The position numbers and the translations under genes were made by a program. The notes beneath the pieces are model-generated. The model saw nothing but the letters and a program-made list of their open reading frames with translations, searched no databases and had not been told where the DNA came from. A DNA stretch of 64,000 bases from an uncultured Campylobacter sp. (GTDB lineage Bacteria > Campylobacterota > Campylobacteria > Campylobacterales > Campylobacteraceae): assembly GCA_963528285.1 (NCBI GenBank), contig CAURVK010000002.1, forward strand, positions 2,326 to 66,325, in the 5' to 3' direction. Shown here piece after piece: positions 51,491-63,558 of this stretch (positions within the stretch are counted from its first letter, which is position 1; each line of letters begins with the position of its first letter).

Positions 51491-53164
51491 TTGAGAAGTG
51501 ACATCATCAAAAAAGGCTATACGCGCGCGCCGCACAGAAGCTTGCTAAGAGCGACCGGGCTAAAAGACGAGGACTTTGAAAAGCCCTTTATCGGCGTAGC
51601 AAATAGCTTCATAGAGATCATCCCGGGGCACTTTTTCCTCAACAAATACTCTGAAATTTTAAAAGACGAGATCCGTAAAAACGGCTGCGTGCCGTTTGAG
51701 TTTAACTGCATAGGCGTGGACGACGGCATCGCGATGGGGCATGCCGGGATGCTTTATAGCCTGCCTAGCCGCGAGCTGATCGCAAACTCGATCGAAACGG
51801 TGATGAACGCGCATGCTCTAGACGCGCTCGTGTGCATGCCAAACTGCGATAAAATCGTGCCGGGCATGCTTATGGGCGCGCTTCGCGTAAACGTGCCGAC
51901 GGTATTCGTCAGCGGCGGCCCGATGAAAAAGGGCTATACCAAAAAAGGCGAGCCGATCGACCTATCCACGGCGTTTGAGGCGGTGGGTAAATTTGAAACC
52001 AAAGAGATCAGCGCCGAGGAACTAAAAGATATCGAGTGCAATGCCTGTCCAAGCGGGGGCAGCTGCAGCGGGATGTTTACGGCAAACTCGATGAATACGC
52101 TGTGCGAAGCGATGGGTATCGCGCTAAAAGGCAACGGCACGGTACCCGCGCTTACGCCTGAGCGCGAGGAGCTTATCCGCGAGGCTGGACGCCGTATCTG
52201 CCAGATCGCGCTCGATGAAAAATACAAAATCCGAAATATCGTGAACGAAAAATCGATCCAAAACGCCCTGGTAGTCGATATGGCGATGGGCGGCAGCAGC
52301 AACACCGTGCTACATATCCTGGCTATCGCGCGCGAAGCGGGGGTAAATTTACAGATCGCGGGGCTCAACGAGATCAGCCGAAAGATCGCGCACATCGCCA
52401 AAATCAGCCCGAGCCTGCCAAACGTGCATATGGAAGACATCGACCGTGCGGGCGGCCTAAGCGCCGTGATAAATGAAATTTCGCGCCGCGATAACGGGCT
52501 GCTAGACCTTGGCGCGCCGACAGTCACGGGCGAGAGCCTAGGCGAGCGCGTGGGCGCTAGCGTCATAAAAGACGAAGAGGTCATCCATAAGGTCGAAAAC
52601 GCCTATTCGGACGTGGGCGGACTGGCGATTTTGTTTGGAAATTTAGCCGAGCAAGGCTGCGTCATCAAGACCGCGGGCATCATCGGCGAGCGCAAATTTA
52701 GCGGCAAGGCAGTTTGCTTTAATAGCCAAGACGAGGCGATAGAGGGCATCTCAAATGGCAAAGTCGGCAAAGGCGACGTGGTCGTTATCCGCTACGAAGG
52801 GCCGCGCGGAGGCCCGGGCATGCAGGAGATGCTAAGCCCAACGAGCCTAATCATGGGGCGAGGTCTCGGCGCGGACGTGGCGCTAATCACGGACGGACGT
52901 TTTAGCGGTGCTACGAGAGGGCTAAGCGTCGGACATGTGAGCCCGGAGGCCGCCGAGGGCGGCATGATCGGACTGCTAGAGGACGGCGACATCATCGACA
53001 TCGACGTGGATACGTATGCGATCAGCGTGCGCCTAAGCGAGGCTGAGATCGCTGCTCGCAGGGCTAAATTTAAGCCGATAGAAAAACCGCTACCGTACCG
53101 CTGGCTGCGGATGTACCGCAAGCTGGTAACGAACGCTAGCAACGGAGCGATTTTGGAGGCGTAG
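51491..53164 (+). CDS. ilvD: Dihydroxy-acid dehydratase
   Basis: [33 protein letters not shown]. Confidence 0.97.
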   Translation: MRSDIIKKGYTRAPHRSLLRATGLKDEDFEKPFIGVANSFIEIIPGHFFLNKYSEILKDEIRKNGCVPFEFNCIGVDDGIAMGHAGMLYSLPSRELIANSIETVMNAHALDALVCMPNCDKIVPGMLMGALRVNVPTVFVSGGPMKKGYTKKGEPIDLSTAFEAVGKFETKEISAEELKDIECNACPSGGSCSGMFTANSMNTLCEAMGIALKGNGTVPALTPEREELIREAGRRICQIALDEKYKIRNIVNEKSIQNALVVDMAMGGSSNTVLHILAIAREAGVNLQIAGLNEISRKIAHIAKISPSLPNVHMEDIDRAGGLSAVINEISRRDNGLLDLGAPTVTGESLGERVGASVIKDEEVIHKVENAYSDVGGLAILFGNLAEQGCVIKTAGIIGERKFSGKAVCFNSQDEAIEGISNGKVGKGDVVVIRYEGPRGGPGMQEMLSPTSLIMGRGLGADVALITDGRFSGATRGLSVGHVSPEAAEGGMIGLLEDGDIIDIDVDTYAISVRLSEAEIAARRAKFKPIEKPLPYRWLRMYRKLVTNASNGAILEA

Positions 53165-53546
53165 GACTTTATATCTAAGATATTTTGGTCAAAACGCTAG
53201 GTTCTCTTTGGTCTAAATACACGCAAAGCGGTAGCAACTAAAGAGAACCGCTTAAAACATCCTCGAAAAAGCAAAATTAGGCGGTAGATGCCGGCCGAAA
53301 GTCGCGGTAAAAGATCTAAACGAAAACAAAAAAGATGGTTATAGATTTTATATTTTAGATAAAAATATCGCAAATTAATCTAGCTAAATTTTAATTTTAT
53401 TTAATAATATCTTAGCTACAATTCTTATTTTTTAGCGTCAAGTTTGACGACCACGTTTTAGGATACCTAGATGACTACCTCATAGATACGTGTTTAATCT
53501 CAAATTTTAGTCTCGCGGGGCGAGAAAATTAATACAAAGAAAATTT

Positions 53547-54755
53547 ATGTTTAAAGAATTTAGAACGAAATATCTAACGAATTTCTGGAACGTCGGGCAG
53601 GCGATGATTATCCTAGCCATCGTCGCGACCGTGTATTTCGGGATTTTTGGCGGCGGATGGGCGGTGACCGGCGAGATGACGCGCTGGGGCGGCGAGTTTT
53701 TGGAGCTTTTCGGGATGGATCTTAGCGGCTACTCCTACTACAAGATCACAAACCTTGACGGCAATCCGCTCACACGCTTTGAGGGGCTTATGCTAATAGG
53801 CATGTTCGTGGGCGCTACGATCGCGGCCTTTATGGCAAATAAAGTCAAATTTCGCCTACCCGCAAGCAAAATTCGCGTTTTTCAAGCTATCGTCGGCGGC
53901 TTGCTTTCGGGATTTGGCGCGCGTCTGGCCTTTGGCTGCAACTTGCTTGATTTTTTCACAGGACTGCCGTATTTTTCGCTGCATACGTGGCTTTTTGCCG
54001 TGTTTATGGTGCTTGGCATCTACGTCGCCGTCAAGGTCGGCAAGCTGCCTATCTTTATGCCTAAAACCGAACTTAAAAACTTCGGCTCAAAAGGCAAAGG
54101 CACGACGCACGACAAAGGACGCGCCGACCGAAATTTCGCCGTCGGCGTGATTATCGCGATTTTAGCGATTATCTGGTTTGCGTATCTTTTGATGCAAGCG
54201 CCGGCGCTCGATCTAAAAGTCAAAGCTAGCATCCTGCCGCTTGGACTGCTTTTTGGACTGGTTTTCGGTTTTATTATCTCAAAGGGTCAAATTTGCTTTA
54301 CTTCGTGCTTTCGCGACCTGTTTTTATTCGGCAGGGACGTCGCGACGAAGGGCGCTTTTTACGGCATGATAATCGCCACGCTCATCGTTTTCGTGCTGAT
54401 GCTAAACGGCTACGTCGGCAAGGTTACGAATTTCTCGCCGGCGGTTGCGATCGGAGCGTTTTTATTCGGCTTTGGTATCGTATTTGCGGGCGGATGCGAG
54501 TGCGGCTGGACGTATAGAGCCACCGAGGGGCAGCTACACTTTATGATCGTGGGCGTCGCAAACGTCGTAGGAACCATGGTGCTAGCCCTTAGCTACGATC
54601 TCATCCCGGCATGGATCAAAGACGGCCCGAAAATCCAGCTTTTAGAGGTATTCGGTCCGCTGGGCGGCTTAGCGGTAAATTTATGTTTATTCGTTTCGGC
54701 GCTGCTACTGGTGTTTATCTATAAACGAAATTTCTTTGCCAAAGGAGGCTACTAA
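53547..54755 (+). CDS. yedE: YeeE/YedE-family selenium/sulfur transporter (FdhT)
   Basis: WAVTGEMTRWGG, GARLAFGC, ICFTSCFRD, AGGCECG. Confidence 0.88.
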   Translation: MFKEFRTKYLTNFWNVGQAMIILAIVATVYFGIFGGGWAVTGEMTRWGGEFLELFGMDLSGYSYYKITNLDGNPLTRFEGLMLIGMFVGATIAAFMANKVKFRLPASKIRVFQAIVGGLLSGFGARLAFGCNLLDFFTGLPYFSLHTWLFAVFMVLGIYVAVKVGKLPIFMPKTELKNFGSKGKGTTHDKGRADRNFAVGVIIAILAIIWFAYLLMQAPALDLKVKASILPLGLLFGLVFGFIISKGQICFTSCFRDLFLFGRDVATKGAFYGMIIATLIVFVLMLNGYVGKVTNFSPAVAIGAFLFGFGIVFAGGCECGWTYRATEGQLHFMIVGVANVVGTMVLALSYDLIPAWIKDGPKIQLLEVFGPLGGLAVNLCLFVSALLLVFIYKRNFFAKGGY

Positions 54756-54756
54756 G

Positions 54757-54999
54757 ATGCATGAAGACGATTTTGAAATAAGCTATACGCTCGATATCCT
54801 GGGCGAGGCTTGCCCTATGCCCGCCGTCGCGACGCTAGAAATCCTACCGAAAATGAAAAGCGGCGAGGTGCTAGAAGTGCTTTGCGACTGCCCGCAGGCG
54901 ATAAACTCGATCCCTTACGACGCGAGAAATAGGGGCTTTGAAGTGCTTAAAATCGAGCAAGACGGTCCGACGCTTAGATTTATCATCAAAAAGCCTTAG
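54757..54999 (+). CDS. yedF: TusA/SirA-family protein YedF (FdhU)
   Basis: LDILGEACPMP, DCPQ; AAGGAGG RBS before ATG 54757. Confidence 0.88.
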   Translation: MHEDDFEISYTLDILGEACPMPAVATLEILPKMKSGEVLEVLCDCPQAINSIPYDARNRGFEVLKIEQDGPTLRFIIKKP

Positions 55000-55376
55000 T
55001 TTAAATTTAGGCGCAGAGCAGGGTTTAGGCGCGCCCTGCTCTATTTTGCTACGGCGGGTGGGTAAGTTTGCCGATTGCAAAGTAAATTTTGTTCGCCCGG
55101 CCGCGTTTTGCTTATCTTGCGCGCTTAAATTTATGATTCGTGCGGTTTTCGTGATACCGAAAATTTACCCGCCGCGCGCGTATTTCGTACTTTTGCGTTT
55201 AAATTCGCAACCCGGAAAAACTCGGAGCAAATTTAAAGCGCGAAATTTGAAACCTAAACCCGACTCCGCTTTGCCAAAGCGCCGAAATTTCCCAATTTAT
55301 CTTGCGGCGGTTAAATTTAAACCGACGCATTTTCGTATCTTGCTAGCGCTAAATTTAGCTGCAAATTTACTCAAAT

Positions 55377-56522
55377 CTACTTCGCCAGCTCAAAAATCTC
55401 TTTGATATTTTCTTTCGTGTAGAGCTTGTCTTTGCGCCAGTTTACCGCGTAGTCATAGGCTAAATTTACGACTTCGTCCAGCGTTTCGCCCTCTATGCCG
55501 ACGGCTTTTAGGCTAACTGGAGCTCCGATTTTAATAAGCCACGCTTTAAATGCTGCGATGCCTTCGTCGGCTGATTTTACGCCGAAAATTTCCCGCGCAA
55601 AACGCTCGAAAGCACTCAAATTTCGGCTCTTGTACCACTTCATCCACGCAGGCATTATGACCGCTAGACCCGCTCCGTGCGCGCAGTTTACGACAGCGCT
55701 CATGGCGTGCTCTAGCATGTGGTTTGGGTAGGAGTAGCCGTGCGTACCGACGTATGTTAGGCCGTTTAGCGCCATCGTCGCCGCCCAGGCAAACTCGGCT
55801 CTAGCATCGTAGTTGTCGGGACCAGCTAGTAAAATTTCAGTCGTTTTCATCACGGTTTTGATGTTGGCTTCGATGTAGAGGTTGATGGTATCAGGCTGTA
55901 CTTTAGCCGTGAAGTATCCCTCGATGCTGTGCGCGATGATATCTGCGGCGGAGTAGACTAGATACTCGCGGCTAACGCTTGCTTGTAGCTGCGGATTTAC
56001 GACTGAGACTAGCGGATATAGGACGTCGCCGTGGATGGAGAATTTTTGTTTTGTAGCTTCGTTTGTCACGACTGCGCCTGAGTTCATCTCGCTGCCCGTC
56101 GCCGCAAGGGTTATGACGTCAAAAATTTTTAGCGCGCGGCTTGGGTCTTTGCCTGTGAAAAAATCCCACACGTCGCCATCATATAGCGCGCCCGCAGCGA
56201 TGGCTTTGGCGCTATCTAGACAGGAGCCTCCGCCTACGCTTAGCACGCTGTCGGCGTTAAATTTCCTAGCTAGCTCGATGCCTTCGTAAACTTTGCTTAG
56301 CACGGGGTTGCTAACTACGCCACCAAGCTCTATAAACTCTATGCCGTTTTCTTTTAGGCTCGCTGCGACCGTATCGAAGAGTCCATCTTTTTTGACGCGT
56401 TCGCTGCCGTAGATCAGTAGGGTTCTTTTAGCGTCAAATTCGCGCATATAAAGCCCGATATTTCGCTCTTTGCCTCTGCCGAATTCTATTTTTGTGGGGT
56501 TGTGAAAAGTGAAGTCAAACAT
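55377..56522 (-). CDS. Iron-containing alcohol (butanol-type) dehydrogenase
   Basis: NPTKIEFG, VGGGSCLD, TGSEMN, HMLEH, HGAGL. Confidence 0.92.
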   Translation of the reverse strand: MFDFTFHNPTKIEFGRGKERNIGLYMREFDAKRTLLIYGSERVKKDGLFDTVAASLKENGIEFIELGGVVSNPVLSKVYEGIELARKFNADSVLSVGGGSCLDSAKAIAAGALYDGDVWDFFTGKDPSRALKIFDVITLAATGSEMNSGAVVTNEATKQKFSIHGDVLYPLVSVVNPQLQASVSREYLVYSAADIIAHSIEGYFTAKVQPDTINLYIEANIKTVMKTTEILLAGPDNYDARAEFAWAATMALNGLTYVGTHGYSYPNHMLEHAMSAVVNCAHGAGLAVIMPAWMKWYKSRNLSAFERFAREIFGVKSADEGIAAFKAWLIKIGAPVSLKAVGIEGETLDEVVNLAYDYAVNWRKDKLYTKENIKEIFELAK

Positions 56523-56601
56523 CTCGTTCTCCTTAAAATTTTAGCCTCATTATAGCGATAAAAGCTAAAATTTAAGTAGAACGAGATTTACGGATCAGCG
56601 C

Positions 56602-56730
56602 TTATTCGCGCAAATTTCCAAAGTATTTGTCGTCGTTTTTCTCGACGTGCTTGATGTTAAAATGGACGAATTTATATCCGCCAAAAAGCGCCAAAACCCA
56701 AAGAAAAAGAAAAACTATCGCTTCTATCAT
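56602..56730 (-). CDS. 42-aa single-TM protein after cydB (CydX/CydY-like small subunit), not in ORF track
   Basis: MIEAIVFLFLWVLALFGGYKFVHFNIKHVEKNDDKYFGNLRE; AAGGA RBS 8 nt after cydB stop. Confidence 0.75.
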   Translation of the reverse strand: MIEAIVFLFLWVLALFGGYKFVHFNIKHVEKNDDKYFGNLRE

Positions 56731-56738
56731 TTTTATCC

Positions 56739-57857
56739 TTAATACGCGTGATGATCGCGCTCTATCTCGTCGGCCGTGATCTTTTTGCTATCCATCGCGC
56801 GCCAGACCGCGACGATATAGCCCAAAACTACGGGTACCAAAAAGCTTACGTAAAACATTACGTTTAGCGTGTAGTGGCTAGAGCTTGCGTTTTTGATAGT
56901 TAGCGAGCTTTGCAAATTTGAAAACGACGGATAAAACGCCGTATCTGCAAGGCCTGCTATCAAAAATAGCCCAGTAACCGTTAGTACTACACCCACGCCG
57001 TAAGGCACTACGCCGTAGATGCTTGTCGTAAACGCACCCTTAAATATACCAAAAAGCACGAGTCCGACGCCTATAACTATCATCGCTGCAACAAGCGGCA
57101 TCTGGAGTAAATTTAGAGCGTATTTAAAGCCAACTAAGCTCACTACGCCGCTCTCGTCGTATGCAAAACCGGTCTTTGTAAATATCCAAGCGATGAATAT
57201 CAAAAAGAACGGCAAAAATAAAATAGTATTTTTTAGCGCCGCTTTTCTGGCGTTGGCTCTTATCTCCGCATCGTCGATGTTATTGATGAGGTAGAGCGCT
57301 CCGCCCACGCGAGCTAGGAAAAACATCGCGATGCCTAGCGGATAGAGCATGATGTTGCCAAGCGCCTCAAGACCGCGAAACGGCGTTTGCCACTGTACGA
57401 AGTTGTGTTCGTTTAGTAAAAAGTCGCTTCCCGAAAAAAACGTGCTAACTGCCATGCCGATCAAAATAACGCCCAAAGAGCCGTTTATGAAAAGGAAAAT
57501 TTCATAGGTTTTTTGACCTAGGAAGTTGTCCGGTTTTTTGCGGTATTCGTAGCTTACGGCTTGGAGGATAAAGCAAAACAAAATCGCCAGCCACACCCAG
57601 TACGCGCCGCCGAAGCTTGTCGCGTAAAACAGCGGAAACGCCGCAAAGCACGCGCCGCCAAACATTACGAGCGTAGTAAACGTAAGCTCCCATTTGCGCC
57701 CGATAGAATTTATCACCATGTCCTTTTGCAGCTCGTTTTTGCAAAGCCCAAAAAGCAGCGTCTGCCCTCCCTGAACGAACATCATAAACACCAGCAAACC
57801 GCCTAGCAAGCTAACTACGCACCACCAGTAAATTTGTAAAAATTCTAAACTAAGCAT
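56739..57857 (-). CDS. cydB: Cytochrome bd-type oxidase subunit II
   Basis: GRKWELTFTTLV, FAAFP, YEYR, SLTIKNASSS. Confidence 0.93.
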   Translation of the reverse strand: MLSLEFLQIYWWCVVSLLGGLLVFMMFVQGGQTLLFGLCKNELQKDMVINSIGRKWELTFTTLVMFGGACFAAFPLFYATSFGGAYWVWLAILFCFILQAVSYEYRKKPDNFLGQKTYEIFLFINGSLGVILIGMAVSTFFSGSDFLLNEHNFVQWQTPFRGLEALGNIMLYPLGIAMFFLARVGGALYLINNIDDAEIRANARKAALKNTILFLPFFLIFIAWIFTKTGFAYDESGVVSLVGFKYALNLLQMPLVAAMIVIGVGLVLFGIFKGAFTTSIYGVVPYGVGVVLTVTGLFLIAGLADTAFYPSFSNLQSSLTIKNASSSHYTLNVMFYVSFLVPVVLGYIVAVWRAMDSKKITADEIERDHHAY

Positions 57858-59379
57858 GGTTTTCAAATCCTATTTTTATCTGTTTTAGCATGATTTTTAT
57901 CTCGGCTATCAAAAGCGCCGTAAATAAAACGGCAAATAGCCAGAACGAAATTTTGATGTTGGTGTCGGCTAAATTCGTCGCTCCCACGCCCACGGTCATG
58001 AGGTCTTGCACGACCCACGGCTGGCGCCCTACTTCGGCTACTATCCAGCCCGCCTCGATCGCCACTAGTCCTAGCGGGATACTAAATACGCACGCCCACA
58101 GTAGCTTTTTGAAATTTTCGATATCGTTTGCCATCGTAAGATACGTAACGACCAAAAATAAAGCCAAAAAGTAAGTACCAAGAGCCACCATCAAGTGAAA
58201 GCTATAAAACGTAATGCCGACCGGCGGTACTGCGCTTTCCGGGGATTTTAGGTATCCGTAGCCTAGAAATTTCATATTTTGAGCCAGAGTTTGCTCGGCT
58301 TGCTCCATCGCGGCTTTATCGCCCGATTTTTTAGCGGCGTTATAGCTAGCTAGCGCGCTAACGGCTAGCGAGCCTTTAGCCATCTTGCTTGCGACGCTCT
58401 CTATATTTTTCGCTTCGTTGCCGTAGACTAAATCCTCGATGCCCGGAGTAAAGCTATCAAATTTTCTAGTAGCCATGATTCCAAGCGCGTAAGGCACTTT
58501 TAGTTCGAGTAAAAACGCGTCCTTGCCGTCGCCCGGTTTTTTAGACGGATCTAGCACGCCCATCGCGACTAAGCCGGCGTTTTGCTCACCTTTATAAAGG
58601 CCTTCCATCGCGGCTAGTTTCATCGGCTGAGTACGAGCGACCTGATATGCGCTCTCGTCGCCGCTAAACATCAAAAATAGCGACGTAACGAGTCCAAAGC
58701 TTGCCGCTACGACGATGGATTTTTTAGCCATGACTAGGTGGCGTCCTTTTAGGATAAACCACGCTGAAATTCCTATCACGAAAAGCGCGCTAGCGACGTA
58801 GCCGCTAGTTACGGTGTGTAAAAATTTGATGATACCTACCGGGCTAAGTGCCACCTCGAAGAAATTCTCCATTTCCATTCTAGCCGTCGCAGGGTTAAAT
58901 TTCATACCCACCGGATACTGCATCCAGCCGTTTGCGATGAGGATCCAAAGCGCGCTCAAATTTGAACCGATAGCCACGAGCCAGGTCGAGATGAGGTGAA
59001 ATTTCTTGCTAACTTTGTCCCAGCCAAAAAACATAACGGCAAAAAACGTCGCCTCCATAAAAAATGCGAGCAAGCCCTCGATAGCTAGCGGCGCGCCGAA
59101 GATGTCGCCGACAAACCAGCTGTAGTTCGCCCAGTTGGTGCCAAACTCAAATTCCATTATGATGCCCGTAGCTACGCCGATGGCGAAGTTTATACCGAAG
59201 AGTTTGAGCCAAAATTTGGTGATTTTTAGCCACTGCTCGCTGCCGGTTTTGACGTAGATGCTCTCCATAATGGCGATGATAAAACTAAGTCCCAGCGTGA
59301 GCGGAACAAACAAAAAGTGGTAAATCGCGGTGAGCGCAAACTGCGCCCTAGACCAATCGACCGAAGCGATTTCAGACAT
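57850..59379 (-). CDS. cydA: Cytochrome bd-type oxidase subunit I
   Basis: RAQFALTAIYHFLF, FGTNW, QPMKLAAME, EVGRQPW. Confidence 0.96.
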   Translation of the reverse strand: MSEIASVDWSRAQFALTAIYHFLFVPLTLGLSFIIAIMESIYVKTGSEQWLKITKFWLKLFGINFAIGVATGIIMEFEFGTNWANYSWFVGDIFGAPLAIEGLLAFFMEATFFAVMFFGWDKVSKKFHLISTWLVAIGSNLSALWILIANGWMQYPVGMKFNPATARMEMENFFEVALSPVGIIKFLHTVTSGYVASALFVIGISAWFILKGRHLVMAKKSIVVAASFGLVTSLFLMFSGDESAYQVARTQPMKLAAMEGLYKGEQNAGLVAMGVLDPSKKPGDGKDAFLLELKVPYALGIMATRKFDSFTPGIEDLVYGNEAKNIESVASKMAKGSLAVSALASYNAAKKSGDKAAMEQAEQTLAQNMKFLGYGYLKSPESAVPPVGITFYSFHLMVALGTYFLALFLVVTYLTMANDIENFKKLLWACVFSIPLGLVAIEAGWIVAEVGRQPWVVQDLMTVGVGATNLADTNIKISFWLFAVLFTALLIAEIKIMLKQIKIGFENHA

Positions 59380-59380
59380 T

Positions 59381-59596
59381 TTATTCCTTTGTCAAATTTG
59401 AAATTACGAAGTCGGCTTTAGCCTCGTCGCTTTCAAATTTAGAATTTAAACTTTCATCAAAGATAAATACTTTTAAAATCCCGAACATTATAAGCAGCTT
59501 GATGGCTATGACGAGCCACAGGCTCTTTCCGAGTTTCATGTTCCTAAAGCCGTCTATATACAAAGACGAGATATTTTTAATATATTTTTTAATCAT
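59381..59596 (-). CDS. DUF4492-like small membrane protein upstream of cydA
   Basis: YIDGFRNMKLGKSLW..I.IKL.IMF motif; position upstream of cydA. Confidence 0.8.
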   Translation of the reverse strand: MIKKYIKNISSLYIDGFRNMKLGKSLWLVIAIKLLIMFGILKVFIFDESLNSKFESDEAKADFVISNLTKE

Positions 59597-59710
59597 AACT
59601 TAACATATTACAGAAATTTAACTTAAAATATAATTTTAAAGTTTTGATTTTATAAAATTATTTATGCTCTCAAGCGTTTATAAATTTTAAATAAGGTATA
59701 ATCTCGCTAA

Positions 59711-61393
<1,683 letters not shown>

Positions 61394-61614
61394 TCAAATT
61401 TAGAGCTGCTCGGCTCTAAATTTCTTTCCTTTAAATTTAAAAATTTACGCCGCGTTTATTATTTTAAAACGTTAAATTTGTAAAGAGTATCAATTCTGTA
61501 AAGCTCTTAAACCCGCATCAGACCCGTAATTTCGCCGCTTTGTTTACAATTATAAGAAATTAAATTTCAAAAAGCTATAATTTGTGCATTAGAAAATAAA
61601 AAAGAAGGAAAAAG

Positions 61615-61767
61615 ATGAAATTTGAACCAAAATTTAGCCTTTTTTGCGGCGCGATAGGGGTAAATTTGACCCCCGAGGCGAGCGAAAATTTAGGCAAAAA
61701 CGGTAGCAAGGCGGCGAAATTTGACGGCGAGGCTTACGCAAAAGCCCGTCAAAACGATGTTAAATAA
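61615..61767 (+). CDS. Possible 50-aa leader ORF overlapping the recJ start
   Basis: AAGGAA RBS; MKFEPKFSLF...NDVK; stop overlaps recJ codons 3-4. Confidence 0.35.
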   Translation: MKFEPKFSLFCGAIGVNLTPEASENLGKNGSKAAKFDGEAYAKARQNDVK

Positions 61768-63328
61768 GGAAAAGATAAAGGAATTACTGAACCAGAGATT
61801 TGAAAAGGACATTCACAAAAAACTTTCAGAAATTCCTACGCCTGATGCATTAAAGGACGTATTTAAAGGTGCCGAGCGCATAAAGCGTGCAATCGAGCGA
61901 AACGAAAAGATTGTCATCGTAGGCGACTACGACGTGGACGGCGTGATCGCTAGCGTCATAATGGCCGAGTTTTTCGATGATTTGGGCGTTAGCGAGTATT
62001 TCGTGCGTATCCCAAATCGCTTTAGCGACGGCTATGGGCTAAATCCGCAAATCGTCGAGGAGATCGCGGACGCAGGGCTCATCGTGACCGTAGATAACGG
62101 CATCTCGGCAAACGACGCGGCTCAAATTTGCAAGCAAAAAGGCATCGATCTCATCATCACCGATCATCACATGCCGCCCGACGTCCTGCCCGAGGCCTAT
62201 GCGATCATAAACCCGAAGCAAAAGGATTGCCACTTTCCAAACGTCGAAATCTGCGGCGCTCAGGTCGCGTGGTATCTAGTGGGCGCACTAAAAGACGTGT
62301 GCCGCATCAACTACGATATGGGTAAATTTCTCGATCTCCTCGCCATCGCGATAATAGCCGATATGATGGAGCTTCGCGACCTAAACCGCATCCTGGTTAA
62401 GCTTGGCGTAAACCGCCTAAACAGCTCGCGCAGGCCCGCATTTACGGCGATAAAACAGCTTTACGGCAAGGATAAATTTGAGTGCGACGACATCAGCTTT
62501 CTCATCGCGCCGCTCATCAACTCCTCGGGCCGTATGGACGATGCGAGCGTGTCTTTTGAGTTTTTGCGTGCTAAAAACTTAGACCGCGCCTGCGAATGCC
62601 TCGACACCATCGTGAGCTTTAACAACTCGCGCAAGGAGGAGGAGCGCACGCTTTTTGAGTGCTCGCTAAAGGACGTGCGCGAGGATGAGCACATCATCGT
62701 GACGTGGGGCAGGGGCTGGCACGAGGGTGTCATCGGTATCGTCGCATCGCGTCTTGCAAAGCAGTTTAAAAAGCCCGCCATCGTCTTTAGCATAGACGAA
62801 AACCGCGCCAAAGGCAGCGCTAGAAGCGTGGGTAAGCTAGACATCCTCTCGCTCATCGCTAGCCACGAAAATTTACTCGCGGGCTACGGCGGACACAAGG
62901 GGGCGGCCGGCATCGTGATAGATCCGGCAAATTTAGAAGCGTTTAAAAACGCTATAAATAGCTCGTGTATGCTGATGGATTTGCACGAATTTAGCGCGTT
63001 TGACGAGCCTCTGGGCGAGATAGAAGCCGGCGAAGTGGACTTCGAGCTACTTGAAATTTTGGAGCATTTCGAGCCATACGGACAGAAAAATCCGCGCCCG
63101 CTCTTTGAGATAAAATCCGCCGTCGTCAAAAACAAAAAGCTAATCGGCAGGGAGCAAAATCACCTAAAACTCATCCTGCAAAAAGACGGCAAATGCCTCG
63201 AGGCGCTGTTTTTTAACTTCACTCGCGAGCCGCATGCCGGCGAGAGCATAGACCTCGTTTTTTCGGTATCGAAAAACTCGTTTCGAGGACTCGTTACGCC
63301 GCAGCTGCTGGTAAAAGAGATTTTGTAA
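61757..63328 (+). CDS. recJ: Single-stranded DNA exonuclease RecJ
   Basis: GDYDVDG, TVDNG, TDHH, GSARS, GGHKGAAG. Confidence 0.96.
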   Translation: MLNKEKIKELLNQRFEKDIHKKLSEIPTPDALKDVFKGAERIKRAIERNEKIVIVGDYDVDGVIASVIMAEFFDDLGVSEYFVRIPNRFSDGYGLNPQIVEEIADAGLIVTVDNGISANDAAQICKQKGIDLIITDHHMPPDVLPEAYAIINPKQKDCHFPNVEICGAQVAWYLVGALKDVCRINYDMGKFLDLLAIAIIADMMELRDLNRILVKLGVNRLNSSRRPAFTAIKQLYGKDKFECDDISFLIAPLINSSGRMDDASVSFEFLRAKNLDRACECLDTIVSFNNSRKEEERTLFECSLKDVREDEHIIVTWGRGWHEGVIGIVASRLAKQFKKPAIVFSIDENRAKGSARSVGKLDILSLIASHENLLAGYGGHKGAAGIVIDPANLEAFKNAINSSCMLMDLHEFSAFDEPLGEIEAGEVDFELLEILEHFEPYGQKNPRPLFEIKSAVVKNKKLIGREQNHLKLILQKDGKCLEALFFNFTREPHAGESIDLVFSVSKNSFRGLVTPQLLVKEIL

Positions 63329-63331
63329 ATT

Positions 63332-63375
63332 TAATCTCGGTTTCGTTTAGCTCAAATTTGATGAAACCGAGATTA
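63332..63375 (+). terminator. Hairpin after recJ
   Basis: TAATCTCGGTTTC...GAAACCGAGATTA 13-bp inverted repeat. Confidence 0.65.
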
Positions 63376-63558
63376 CTTAAATTTATAATTCTAATCCGTT
63401 AAAGTTACTTTCCTACACACTTAACGCAAACGACCGAAATATCAGGGTTTGAGCTAAATTTCACACAAAATAATTAACATTACATAAATATTCATACTTT
63501 ATTTAAGTTTATTTTTGCTTCAATTTCAATATTAAATATTAATTTTGCAGGAGCGAAA

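Noticed and set aside
51934..53142. Long antisense ORFs opposite ilvD (and similar ones opposite pyrG, recJ, tpx, purB)
   Set aside because: Shadow frames produced by codon bias of well-supported genes; no RBS or recognisable motifs.
54938..55405. 155-aa plus-strand ORF after yedF
   Set aside because: Overlaps yedF and the ADH end, has no RBS, and its sequence reflects AAATTT-rich spacer DNA.
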